Below, in pieces: positions 45,605 to 54,300 of a stretch of DNA of 64,000 bases; positions within the stretch are counted from its first letter, which is position 1; the number at the start of each line of letters is the position of its first letter. Below the pieces are notes generated by a model. The model did not search any database. It saw only the letters and a program-made list of their open reading frames with translations, and was not told the origin of the DNA. The stretch spans positions 124,001-188,000 of the IMG/VR virus record IMGVR_UViG_3300042540_001822; one strand, 5' to 3'. Made by a program: the position numbers and the translations under genes.

Positions 45605-46381
45605 TTATTTGTTGTTTTGTTTAAGAACTTCTTTTTCTTTATTGAAGCAATGTAAAGAAGTGATGTGCATGGTAAAAAGTCCAGGTTTTACATTTTCCCA
45701 AGATTCGGGACTTCTCTCTTTCAATTTTTCTAGAACCCAAAAAACTTTGCGGCAAGCCATGTAAATATCGTCCCTGAAATGGCGGAGGTAGTCGCAAGAC
45801 CTTATGTAATACACGATGTGTAAATAATCTGCTCTTCTCATAAAATGATAACCGATTGTACAAGGAACTCGTTCACCGTGAACAGAACCAGTGTCTTCAG
45901 GGAACCACAAAGGAAGAAATGCCTGCCTTGTAAAAGGTTCTCTTTGTAGCAAATCGATCACATCCCCAAAGTCACCATAATGGTACCTGATACCAAACAT
46001 GGTAGATTTGGGTTCTTCCGATGCAAATTTAGGCCAGAGCCTTTCGGGATAAGTGTGAGAAAATTTCTCCTCGATTTTAAACTGGGCGTTCTTCTTTTGG
46101 TTGAAAGGCCACCATTCGTTCGAAGGTGGTGGATTTAAAGGTTGGCCCCCTATTCTTTCTTCAAAATGATCGTCCGCCCAGGGAAGATTAGGTCTGACCT
46201 CCTCGCGTAGCTCCTGAAGTGTACCTGGCACAAACATAGAGAAAGATGTATTTAAAGTTTCCCACATGTCGTCGGGAGAAGTTATACCCTGCCATCTCTC
46301 GGTCTGTACAACATATCCATAGTCGATCAATTTTTCCTTAGCCCACTTGATGGCTTGTGAGGGCTTTTGAAATGTTTTCAA
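45605..46381 (-). CDS. Thymidylate-synthase-fold pyrimidine-modifying enzyme, dCMP hydroxymethylase-like
   Basis: TRQA, VPCT (catalytic Cys), IRSCDYLRHFRDD with Asp at the TS Asn177-equivalent position, SLH. Confidence 0.8.
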   Translation of the reverse strand: MKTFQKPSQAIKWAKEKLIDYGYVVQTERWQGITSPDDMWETLNTSFSMFVPGTLQELREEVRPNLPWADDHFEERIGGQPLNPPPSNEWWPFNQKKNAQFKIEEKFSHTYPERLWPKFASEEPKSTMFGIRYHYGDFGDVIDLLQREPFTRQAFLPLWFPEDTGSVHGERVPCTIGYHFMRRADYLHIVYYIRSCDYLRHFRDDIYMACRKVFWVLEKLKERSPESWENVKPGLFTMHITSLHCFNKEKEVLKQNNK

Positions 46382-46455
46382 TTGAAATAAATTTTGAAAA
46401 TTATACAGATCAGAAACTATAAGTTTCTGTTTGATTTTATTTTATCTCAAAAATT

Positions 46456-47109
46456 TTATTGGTTCAACCAAAAAAATAATTCTTCATTACCAATCAAATT
46501 TAAATCCCTAACTCTATTTTTTTGAAAAACTTTATATTCGAAATATGGGTTGTCAAAGGGAACGAGCTCTTGTCTTCCTCTTTTAATAAGACCAACTCCC
46601 TCATCGATATTAAGAGTACAAATATTTAAGTCAGATCTAGTTGCCTTTAATTTATAAATCGTTTTCCAAACCGTTCCGTTCCATGGCTGTCCCCAATTAT
46701 CCTCAACTAATCTGGTATAATTTTCTTCATACATAAATGGGTCACAATCATGCAAAACAATAACACCATTTTCTGATAAGTGATTCAAAGAATTCAATAT
46801 GTCTTTTTCCACCTGATAAGAAAGATGTAATCCATCAATAAAAATTAGGTCCCACTTATAATCAGGAGGTAAATCCAACAAATTATTTTCTAGCCTAATA
46901 AAGAATTCATCCGATGTGTATTGGTATTTAACTGGATTTTCCTGGTACTCTAAACCTGGATCTACCCCGGATTTTTCTGGACATTGAATTAAATCGAAAC
47001 AATCCCACGGGAATCTAACTCCTATTTCTAAATAGGTATTAAAATTTTTTGTTTGAATGATTTGGTTGATTACTTCAGATCTGTGCATGAATATAAACTT
47101 GTTTACCAA
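46456..47109 (-). CDS. Class I SAM-dependent methyltransferase-like
   Basis: YLEIGV, GVDP, DLIFIDGLH, VLHDC, WNGTVWK. Confidence 0.85.
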   Translation of the reverse strand: MVNKFIFMHRSEVINQIIQTKNFNTYLEIGVRFPWDCFDLIQCPEKSGVDPGLEYQENPVKYQYTSDEFFIRLENNLLDLPPDYKWDLIFIDGLHLSYQVEKDILNSLNHLSENGVIVLHDCDPFMYEENYTRLVEDNWGQPWNGTVWKTIYKLKATRSDLNICTLNIDEGVGLIKRGRQELVPFDNPYFEYKVFQKNRVRDLNLIGNEELFFWLNQ

Positions 47110-47172
47110 TTGTACTGAATTGATAATTAAAGTTTCTTGGATACAAAAAATAGCAGGATTTAATCCTATAAA

Positions 47173-47583
47173 TTATCTATTCTTACTGCTCATTTTCCGG
47201 TACAACTTGTATTCTGGTGTTTCCTCAATGGAATCTAATTCGAATCTCTGGAAATTTCCGAACCTCATAGGTCCATTTAAATTAAACCTTTTGTGTGGTT
47301 CGACTGAATCCTCGTAAAATTGACAAATTTGCTCGTGATATTCGGAATCTTTTTCAATAAAATATTCTTCTGGGTTGTGATAGTAGTCAAAAAGATACTC
47401 TGCCCATTCGGAGGGATTCTTTCCTCCTCCAAATTGTTCGACAAATTTTTCCATTTGGATTTCTTCATCCGTCATGCTTATACCCAAATTTTGGAAACCT
47501 GAAATCAAATCATCTAGATCTGACCCAATATCATTATTTTCATTCAAAATTGAGAACACCCAAAAGGATTTTAAATTATTCAT
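47173..47583 (-). CDS. Hypothetical protein, possibly virion-associated
   Basis: MNNLKSFWVFSILNE N-terminus; GATATATAA directly upstream of ATG. Confidence 0.75.
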   Translation of the reverse strand: MNNLKSFWVFSILNENNDIGSDLDDLISGFQNLGISMTDEEIQMEKFVEQFGGGKNPSEWAEYLFDYYHNPEEYFIEKDSEYHEQICQFYEDSVEPHKRFNLNGPMRFGNFQRFELDSIEETPEYKLYRKMSSKNR

Positions 47584-47615
47584 GATAAATTATATATCCA
47601 TTTTTTTGCCCACAA

Positions 47616-47644
47616 AAAACCCGACCTGAATTGGGTCGGGTTTT
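47616..47644 (-). terminator. Intrinsic terminator after the lipoprotein gene
   Basis: aaaacccgacc-tgaattg-ggtcgggtttt hairpin with U-tract on the minus strand. Confidence 0.8.
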
Positions 47645-47658
47645 AAGCTTGTCCGGAA

Positions 47659-47817
47659 TTACTGAACTGCCGTGGTTGAATCTACAGAGGTAGTGTCCGC
47701 AGATTCAACTACTGTAGAATCCACTGTTGTCTCCTCGGAAGGAGCAGTTTCTTCTGTTGGTGTAGCACATGAGCTCAGAATCAAAGCTGAGACAAGCAAG
47801 AAAAACAAATTTTTCAT
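47659..47817 (-). CDS. Small lipoprotein, 52 aa (MKNLFFLLVSALILSSCATPTEETAPSEETTVDST...)
   Basis: Manual translation; signal peptide with LSSC lipobox; Ser/Thr/Asp-rich tail; own terminator. Confidence 0.8.
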   Translation of the reverse strand: MKNLFFLLVSALILSSCATPTEETAPSEETTVDSTVVESADTTSVDSTTAVQ

Positions 47818-47887
47818 TTTTTTGGTTTTGAATTTTAAATTATATATTCATTTCGAAGAATGTTTCAATGAATTCAATATTTTTTAT

Positions 47888-48133
47888 TCAAATAGAAGAA
47901 GATCCATATTCCATTTCGAGGTAAGACATCTCTATTTCTGCTTTTTTCTGGTCATATCCAAATTCATTCTGAATTAAATTTACACCATATTGTCTCCATT
48001 CCAAAAGCGTTTCCCCCTTCAAAGGAAAATTCAAATTCCAATAGGGATCTTTATTTAAAACTTCTTGTTTCAGATCAAGATAAATTCTGTGTCTCTCTTT
48101 TAGAGCGGCAAAAATTTTGTTTTTGTTTTTCAT
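47888..48133 (-). CDS. Hypothetical protein
   Basis: ORF track. Confidence 0.7.
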   Translation of the reverse strand: MKNKNKIFAALKERHRIYLDLKQEVLNKDPYWNLNFPLKGETLLEWRQYGVNLIQNEFGYDQKKAEIEMSYLEMEYGSSSI

Positions 48134-48149
48134 TTAATTTTTGATTTTA

Positions 48150-48938
48150 TTAAAATTTTGAGGATTCGAGATATTGTCTTTTTCTTTCATTCAGTGTTTT
48201 TCTTCCTTCCGATAACCAATTTTCCTGTGCGTTTGAATTTTCATCTTTAGTTTCTGATGGATAAGTTAATGAATTAGGATGAACACGATAAACATAACTG
48301 GGATATTGAAGATATTCAATTTTTCCTCTTAGAGAAAGCTCAAAGTTCATCGGCCAGTCGGAATAAGGAAATTCTTCCATATATTTTTGAAATAAATCAG
48401 GATAATTCACAAAAAATCTAGAAGATGAAGTAACACAGTTGTGTTGATTAGCAATAAAATCCGAAGAAGTATATTCCTCTTTTTGTAAGTGTTCAGGAGG
48501 CCCAAAAAAATAATTTCCTGTTCTTAGAGGTTCGAATTTTTTTTCATTCTCGTTGTATATTATGTAAGCCGTGAAACACATTGATAAATCTTTATTATTT
48601 TCCATAATTTCATACTGATTTTGGAGTTTGTTCGGATCTATCCAATAGTCATCAGCATCTAAATAAGCTATGTAATCACCGGTTGCCTGTTCAAGTAAAA
48701 ATTTTGTATTTTGTATTTCTCCGGAATTAGATCTAGAAAAATAGCGAAACGAAAATTTATGTCCTGGAAGTATATTTTTAAAGTACTCTAAAACTTCTAA
48801 ACTTTGATCCGTAGATCCATCATCCGAAACCAGAATTTCTACGGGGAAAGAAGTTTGTTGACATAAAACGGAAAATAAACAGGTGTCCAAAAATCTACCA
48901 TAATTATAATTAGGTATAATGACCGTTACTTTTTTCAT
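48150..48938 (-). CDS. Glycosyltransferase family 2
   Basis: VTVIIPNYNYGRFL, VSDDGSTD, YIAYLDADDYW. Confidence 0.93.
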   Translation of the reverse strand: MKKVTVIIPNYNYGRFLDTCLFSVLCQQTSFPVEILVSDDGSTDQSLEVLEYFKNILPGHKFSFRYFSRSNSGEIQNTKFLLEQATGDYIAYLDADDYWIDPNKLQNQYEIMENNKDLSMCFTAYIIYNENEKKFEPLRTGNYFFGPPEHLQKEEYTSSDFIANQHNCVTSSSRFFVNYPDLFQKYMEEFPYSDWPMNFELSLRGKIEYLQYPSYVYRVHPNSLTYPSETKDENSNAQENWLSEGRKTLNERKRQYLESSKF

Positions 48939-48948
48939 TTTTAAAAAA

Positions 48949-49629
48949 TTATTGATTTACAAAATAAAACATTGTTTGATGTTCCCCGTTATTATTTACA
49001 TCCCAATAAAAAGAATGTCTAACTTTTCCTGGAATAAAAAAAGTTTCATTAAGAATAGGATCGTGTGTTTCTACTGCTATTTTATTTATTTTATTTAAAA
49101 TTGATTCATCCAAGTTTTGGAATAAATCATATTCTCCACCTTCAATGTCACACTTCAAAAAGTCAATTTTTTCCAAATTGAAAATTTTGAAAACATCCTC
49201 CATTTGCAAATAAAGGGGGTTGTGTTTTGGTGACCATAAGTGTGTTGGATGTAGGGATTTTCCCAAAACAGAAGCATTCAAATATTTTACATTGTTGTGT
49301 TCTTTTGTATTTTCTATAAGACAAGAAAAAACTTCATAACCTCCATCTATAGCTATTATTTCTTTACATTTTTTTGCTGCCAAGTGAGTAAAGAAACCAA
49401 CATTTGCCCCCAAATCAACCACCACATCTTCTGGATTAAGTTTGCAATCCCACATTTCATAAATGCAATTAGTTTCAGAGAATTCCCAGCCATAAATTTC
49501 CTTGAAGAGAAATTCATAACCAAAAAAAGAATTGGAACTTAAAACAAAATCAAGATTTTGATTCCAATAATGGTTATTCTTGTCTGAAAAAAGTTTCCAA
49601 TTTTTTCCTGTCATTTTATTTATATTCAT
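48949..49629 (-). CDS. FkbM-family methyltransferase
   Basis: VVDLGANVG, IDFLKCDIEGGEY, AVETH. Confidence 0.9.
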   Translation of the reverse strand: MNINKMTGKNWKLFSDKNNHYWNQNLDFVLSSNSFFGYEFLFKEIYGWEFSETNCIYEMWDCKLNPEDVVVDLGANVGFFTHLAAKKCKEIIAIDGGYEVFSCLIENTKEHNNVKYLNASVLGKSLHPTHLWSPKHNPLYLQMEDVFKIFNLEKIDFLKCDIEGGEYDLFQNLDESILNKINKIAVETHDPILNETFFIPGKVRHSFYWDVNNNGEHQTMFYFVNQ

Positions 49630-50055
49630 TTATTTTTGGCTATCACCTTTCGAAACCCGATAAGAATCTGACTCAATGTGGTGAGTTGAAACTTCAAAGA
49701 TTATACCCTCTGTTATTGCTTCCAGTTGATGTGGTGTTCCTGGCTTTTGTCTCACACAGTCACCTTTTTTTAAGGTTGTCTCAACTACATCTGCATTCCT
49801 GGTGTCGATGAATCTATAAATGAAAGTTCCTTCCTGAACATACCACGTTTCATCCTTAATCAAATGGTAGTGCATAGAAAATTTGGCTCCGGCTTTGAAG
49901 CAAAGAAGTTTCCCACAATACAATTCGTTGTTTTCGAAAACAATCTCTTGCCCCCACCCTTTTGGTATATTACAACTGGGGCATTCCAAAGCATTGTAAA
50001 TATGTGAAAGGTTGATTTCAATCATTTCAATTGGAGGATTTGGCAAATAGGACAT
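49630..50055 (-). CDS. Cupin-domain protein, sugar isomerase-like
   Basis: PKGWGQE, YCGKLL, SMHYH..KDETWYV, PGTPHQL. Confidence 0.85.
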   Translation of the reverse strand: MSYLPNPPIEMIEINLSHIYNALECPSCNIPKGWGQEIVFENNELYCGKLLCFKAGAKFSMHYHLIKDETWYVQEGTFIYRFIDTRNADVVETTLKKGDCVRQKPGTPHQLEAITEGIIFEVSTHHIESDSYRVSKGDSQK

Positions 50056-50135
50056 TTTAATTCGATATATAATTTTATGGAATTTGAATAAAAGTTTTCG
50101 AATTTTGGTTTATATTTGTAAATAATTAATTAATA

Positions 50136-50342
50136 ATGGAAATTGATAAAATAATCAATTCGATCAAAAATCACCTGCTGAGCATCGAGCTTTCATCTGA
50201 TGGGGAAGATAAAAAAAATCATTTGATTGTAATTAAGCAGGAAGTTGAAAACTTATCTGTGGAATATCAAAAATTAAAAGAAACACACGATACAATCATT
50301 TCTCAGTTGAAACAGGAAATTTCTAGATTGAATAGGCTTTGA
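50136..50342 (+). CDS. Small coiled-coil protein
   Basis: ORF track; upstream GATATATAA (50064) and TATATTTG (50111) on plus strand. Confidence 0.7.
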   Translation: MEIDKIINSIKNHLLSIELSSDGEDKKNHLIVIKQEVENLSVEYQKLKETHDTIISQLKQEISRLNRL

Positions 50343-50364
50343 TTTCAATTATTTAAAATTTTTG

Positions 50365-50449
50365 CGGAGAGGGAGGGATTCGAACCCCCGGATCCTTGCG
50401 GATCGGCTGTTTTCAAGACAGCTCTCGTAAACCACTTGAGTACCTCTCC
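50365..50449 (-). tRNA. tRNA-Ser, anticodon TGA; CCA not encoded
   Basis: Acceptor GGAGAGG/CCTCTCC; anticodon arm GCTGT-CTTGAAA-ACAGC; long variable arm GATCC-GCAA-GGATC; T-loop TTCGAAT. Confidence 0.95.
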
Positions 50450-50457
50450 AATTTTTA

Positions 50458-51390
50458 TCAAACGAAAAATTCTAACAAACCTCTTTGGTTGTATTTGACC
50501 TTATTTTCTTCATTCAAAACAAATTTTTTTGTAAGGATAAATTCTTTATCTTGTATTTTAACTTCTGTTAATTCTTCAGAAGGATAATACCAATACGTTC
50601 CAGGGTATAGATCAAAACTTTTACCATTCACTTCACACTGTAAACCATAATCTTTATTGTTCATAATATACAAATAATAGCCTTGATCAGAAGGAATAGT
50701 TTCACAGATTATTTCAATCCCGGAAATTCTATTAATATAACTGTTTTCGAAACCTTGAATAGAATTAAATCCATCACACGATTTTATCAAAAATAATTCC
50801 TCTTCTGGATAAAAAAAATTATAAAAATCATCTTCTAAATATCCACTTAAATTTTTGATGTCTGGACTTTCTTTAGTAATTGGAAATCTAAAATTCCTAA
50901 CGAAAAAATCAATATTTCCACCAAACAATAAAGTATGATAGCCATAACTTGATTCAGTTGGATATTTGTGAAAAATCAATTTTTTATTTTCTTTCAACAT
51001 CTCTGAAAGATGTAAATCAAATGTTTGTAAATCAATATCACCAATTAGATTGTCACACTCAGTGAAAAAAAAGTTGACAAATCCCAAACGTTGACCTAGT
51101 GAAATTCCATTGATCATATTTCTTAAAATAGCGATAGAGTGACCTGGATTTGAGATAGAAACTCTAAATTGGGAGTTAGCGAACCAAAACCAAGATGTAG
51201 ATTCTAACATGATGTTTTCCGAATCATAAACACAATAATCAACCATTTTTTGAATTTCTTCTGGTATTGGGAGGTGTGAGCACACCATCAATTTGTAATT
51301 TGTTTTTTTCAATCTGGTCAAACAATCTTTTAAAATATCCAAATGATATTGACTAGAGTGATAAGAATTGACAATAATTATCTTTTCCAT
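50458..51390 (-). CDS. Unknown protein, paralogous to 43543..44649
   Basis: SY...DILKDCL...LMVCSHLP...DYCVYDSEN. Confidence 0.7.
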   Translation of the reverse strand: MEKIIIVNSYHSSQYHLDILKDCLTRLKKTNYKLMVCSHLPIPEEIQKMVDYCVYDSENIMLESTSWFWFANSQFRVSISNPGHSIAILRNMINGISLGQRLGFVNFFFTECDNLIGDIDLQTFDLHLSEMLKENKKLIFHKYPTESSYGYHTLLFGGNIDFFVRNFRFPITKESPDIKNLSGYLEDDFYNFFYPEEELFLIKSCDGFNSIQGFENSYINRISGIEIICETIPSDQGYYLYIMNNKDYGLQCEVNGKSFDLYPGTYWYYPSEELTEVKIQDKEFILTKKFVLNEENKVKYNQRGLLEFFV

Positions 51391-51392
51391 AA

Positions 51393-51842
51393 AAAGGCGT
51401 AGTTCTGCGATTTTATCCCTCTGTCTGGGAATTTTTTTTGTTTGAAATATCGTTGAACCTCATTTGGCTCAACTCGTAATTTGCGTTGACCTGAGCCCAG
51501 AGTTTATCACATCTGGAATCCAATTGTTTCTGTAATGATTCAAATAGTTCTTTTTCAGCTCTTATTCTCGAGTCTTCTCGTTTGCCGATTTCATCTGTAA
51601 CTTCATCGATTCTACTGTGGATGTAAGAATCATCAGAATGTAGGTTTCCCCTTGTAATTTCAATCTCTTTCCAAACCGATTCAATGCGGTCAGAGATTTT
51701 GTTTGTGATTTTTCGGTCTAAATCCGAATTCATCTTAAACACGCCCACCACAGTGACCAAGACCACCACGGTAAGCGCACCTAAAAGAAAATAAAGTGTT
51801 TCCATAATTTTTAAATTTTTTTTGAAGCAGAACTACGCCTTT
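51393..51842. repeat. Perfect 16-bp inverted repeats flanking one gene
   Basis: aaaggcgtagttctgc (51393-51408) and gcagaactacgccttt (51827-51842). Confidence 0.95.
51413..51805 (-). CDS. Membrane-anchored coiled-coil protein
   Basis: N-terminal hydrophobic helix. Confidence 0.8.
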   Translation of the reverse strand: METLYFLLGALTVVVLVTVVGVFKMNSDLDRKITNKISDRIESVWKEIEITRGNLHSDDSYIHSRIDEVTDEIGKREDSRIRAEKELFESLQKQLDSRCDKLWAQVNANYELSQMRFNDISNKKNSQTEG

Positions 51843-51875
51843 GGGATTTGTATATGAAATTCCACAAAAGTTTCC

Positions 51876-51906
51876 AAAAAAAAAAGTTTGTCCGAAGACA
51901 AACTTT
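51876..51906 (-). terminator. Intrinsic terminator after tmRNA
   Basis: AAAGTTTGTC-TTCG-GACAAACTTT followed by U-tract. Confidence 0.85.
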
Positions 51907-51910
51907 GTTG

Positions 51911-52347
51911 TGGAGCTGGGCGGATTCGAACCGCCGTCCTGTTAGGTAGATCTTGGAAACTCATTCACAGGCTTAGTCTATTTTTATAAACAGACAAATC
52001 TTTACCTCCTAGTTTTTGACTGTGATAGGAGATAATCCACAGCGTCTTCCCTTACAGCGATCTGAAGGGTATTGGGCCGGAGCCCGCAGGGTTACTGAGG
52101 GTCGACGAATTTTGTGGTACTATTAACCCTTTTTCCCACAATTGTGACTTTCTGTTCCTGGGCGTCACCTCCCGGTGTTTAGGCTGCCAAGGCAACTTCA
52201 ACCGACTCCACTGAACCTAGTCCAGCAAGAGCAAAAAATGGATTTTCGCCATTTGAAAAGTACTTAGGATATTTAGGTGCTTCCAAAGCTAGCACCGCCT
52301 GCATCATGTCAAAGAACTTGTTCCTCCAGTCGATTCCTGTCAGCCCC
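51911..52347 (-). ncRNA. ssrA: tmRNA, 437 nt; tag reading frame 52250-52179 = (A)GENPFFALAGLGSVESVEVALAA*
   Basis: 5' GGGGCTGACAGGAATCGAC; acceptor GGGGCTG/CAGCTCC with G3:U; T-arm GGCGG-TTCGAAT-CCGCC; tag ends ALAA-stop. Confidence 0.95.
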
Positions 52348-52382
52348 GAAGTTGTGTTTATATATGTACGAAAAAAAAAGTT

Positions 52383-52775
52383 TCATAATTTGACCTCAAA
52401 TCTTTTCGCCATAGCATCTAACTTGTCAGAAGGAACTCCGTGAACATTTTCACCCATGTGTCGGTTTTCTACGATCGCGGTGGAAACCAGATAACCGAAT
52501 TTTTCGGCCATTTGAAAATAAGGTTCCATTTCCCATTCCTGTGTAAATGTATTTGATACGATAATTAAAGGGTGGTCCAAAAACATCCAATCTTTAACCA
52601 TTGTTTGGCACCACTCGTGAGCCTGCTTTAATTTGTCACCTTGGAATTTATATTCTCCATCTACCATGAAAAATTGGTCAGCTTCAACGTGAAAAACCCC
52701 ATAACCTCCTAACCTTTTGGCCAAAGTTGATTTACCAGATCCGGGCAAACCCCGGAGTAAAAGAAGTGTATTCAT
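52383..52775 (-). CDS. P-loop kinase (AAA_33 / polynucleotide-kinase-like)
   Basis: LLRGLPGSGKSTLA, EADQFF, IIVSNTF..EWEMEPY. Confidence 0.85.
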   Translation of the reverse strand: MNTLLLLRGLPGSGKSTLAKRLGGYGVFHVEADQFFMVDGEYKFQGDKLKQAHEWCQTMVKDWMFLDHPLIIVSNTFTQEWEMEPYFQMAEKFGYLVSTAIVENRHMGENVHGVPSDKLDAMAKRFEVKL

Positions 52776-52788
52776 GATTTAAATTTGT

Positions 52789-53463
52789 TTAATTGGTTTT
52801 CTTTGTGATTACCCCATCGATGATTCCATAGGCCTTGGCTTCCTCGGCATCGAGCCAAAAATCACGGGTTGCGTCCTCCTGAACCTTTGCCGGATCCTTA
52901 CCACAAAAATCACCAAGTAGTTCAAATAGGATTTTATTCACCTTTTCCCATTCTTGAAAGTCAATTTTTGCGTCCTGGATGTTTCCTTCGAAGCCTCCAG
53001 AAGATTGGTGCAACATCACCTTAGAGAAGCGAAGAGAAAATCTTTTTCCCTTGGTCCCAGCACCTAATAGCACAGATCCCATAGAAGCTGCCATGCCCGT
53101 GTTGATTGTGGAGATGTCAGATTTAATGTACTGCATGACATCCACCATTGAAAGTCCAGATTTAACCGATCCCCCTGGTGAATCGATGTGCATTGTGATG
53201 TCCCTTTCATCAACGGAATCTAAAAACATCAGCTGTGCCTGAACTACTGTCGACATGGAATCACGGACCGGACCTGCCACCCATAAAATTCTGTCCATCA
53301 TGAGTCTTGAAAAAATGTCCAATTGTGTCACCCGAAGTTCTCTTTCTTCTAGAATGTAGGGGGTTAGTGAGCTTTGAACTTGTTTTTCATAGTAGTCCAA
53401 AGTGGAGGAACTAATTCCTTGAGATAGGGAGAATTTTTGAAATTCCGAAAAAAGTTTTGACAT
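52789..53463 (-). CDS. clpP: ATP-dependent Clp protease proteolytic subunit
   Basis: DIFSRLMMDRI, IDSPGGSV, AASMGS, MLHQ, RDFWL.AEEAKAYG. Confidence 0.96.
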   Translation of the reverse strand: MSKLFSEFQKFSLSQGISSSTLDYYEKQVQSSLTPYILEERELRVTQLDIFSRLMMDRILWVAGPVRDSMSTVVQAQLMFLDSVDERDITMHIDSPGGSVKSGLSMVDVMQYIKSDISTINTGMAASMGSVLLGAGTKGKRFSLRFSKVMLHQSSGGFEGNIQDAKIDFQEWEKVNKILFELLGDFCGKDPAKVQEDATRDFWLDAEEAKAYGIIDGVITKKTN

Positions 53464-53662
53464 GGTTTTAATTTAAAATGTAAAATTTTCTAACCCAAAT
53501 ATACGAACAAGAGAACTTAAAATTCCCTTACTTGTGATAATTAATTAACCTTTGATGATTCCTTTTAAAAAGGTTTCTTTAGCAATACACTCATCCTCAA
53601 ATTCGTTCAAAAGCATGAACATGAAACCAAACAAAAATATGGCCCAAAACATGCTATGAAAT

Positions 53663-53974
53663 TTAAATCAAAGAGGTGTTTACTGTTCTATTTGCAACCC
53701 CGGCTATTCCTGGAAAAGAAGAAAAAACGTTGGTCATATCTTTAATCGTCGTGTCCCAAGGAGAATGGCTTTCGTTAAATCTGACCATAGGATAAAATAC
53801 TGGTGATTCGTAATTTCCACCCCGGATTGGCATTTTGCACCTGACTGGCGGGTGACTAACCGCCTGTAAATAAAAAACTGCAGATCCATCTGGAGTAAAT
53901 CGAATTTCGGACACCTCAATGTCACTTCTCTCTTTTCCAGTGAGAAAATTTTTTAACTCGTCTCTGAAGTTCAT
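53663..53974 (-). CDS. Hypothetical protein
   Basis: ORF track. Confidence 0.65.
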   Translation of the reverse strand: MNFRDELKNFLTGKERSDIEVSEIRFTPDGSAVFYLQAVSHPPVRCKMPIRGGNYESPVFYPMVRFNESHSPWDTTIKDMTNVFSSFPGIAGVANRTVNTSLI

Positions 53975-54255
53975 AATTCTGAAGTGTGTTTTTGAATGAG
54001 ATCCTGATAAAAACCTTCGGGTTTCAAACCTTTAACGTTTTCTAAAACTGAATTTTCTTTCATAAATAAAACCGTAGGCAAAGATCTAATTCCAAATTCC
54101 GCTGTTCTTTCCTTATTTTCATCAACGTTAATTTTCACAATTTCAACGTTTGGATTTTTTGATTTTAAATTTTCTAAAATTGGATTAAGCATACGGCAGG
54201 GTCCACACCATTCGGCATAAAAATCTAAAATTGTAAGTGGAGTAGGGTTTGACAT
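53971..54255 (-). CDS. trxA: Thioredoxin
   Basis: DFYAEWCGPCRML, IRSLPT. Confidence 0.95.
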   Translation of the reverse strand: MSNPTPLTILDFYAEWCGPCRMLNPILENLKSKNPNVEIVKINVDENKERTAEFGIRSLPTVLFMKENSVLENVKGLKPEGFYQDLIQKHTSEL

Positions 54256-54300
54256 AAAAGTTTTTAAAATATTAGATAAAATAGAAAAAATTGTTTCTTT

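Noticed and set aside
47672-47977. Plus-strand 101-aa ORF MVESTEVVSADST...
   Set aside because: Antisense shadow of the minus-strand lipoprotein gene, which has a lipobox and a terminator.
50365-50449. tRNA with TGA as an opal suppressor or tRNA-Sec
   Set aside because: TGA is the anticodon and reads UCA (Ser); the structure is a standard long-arm serine tRNA.
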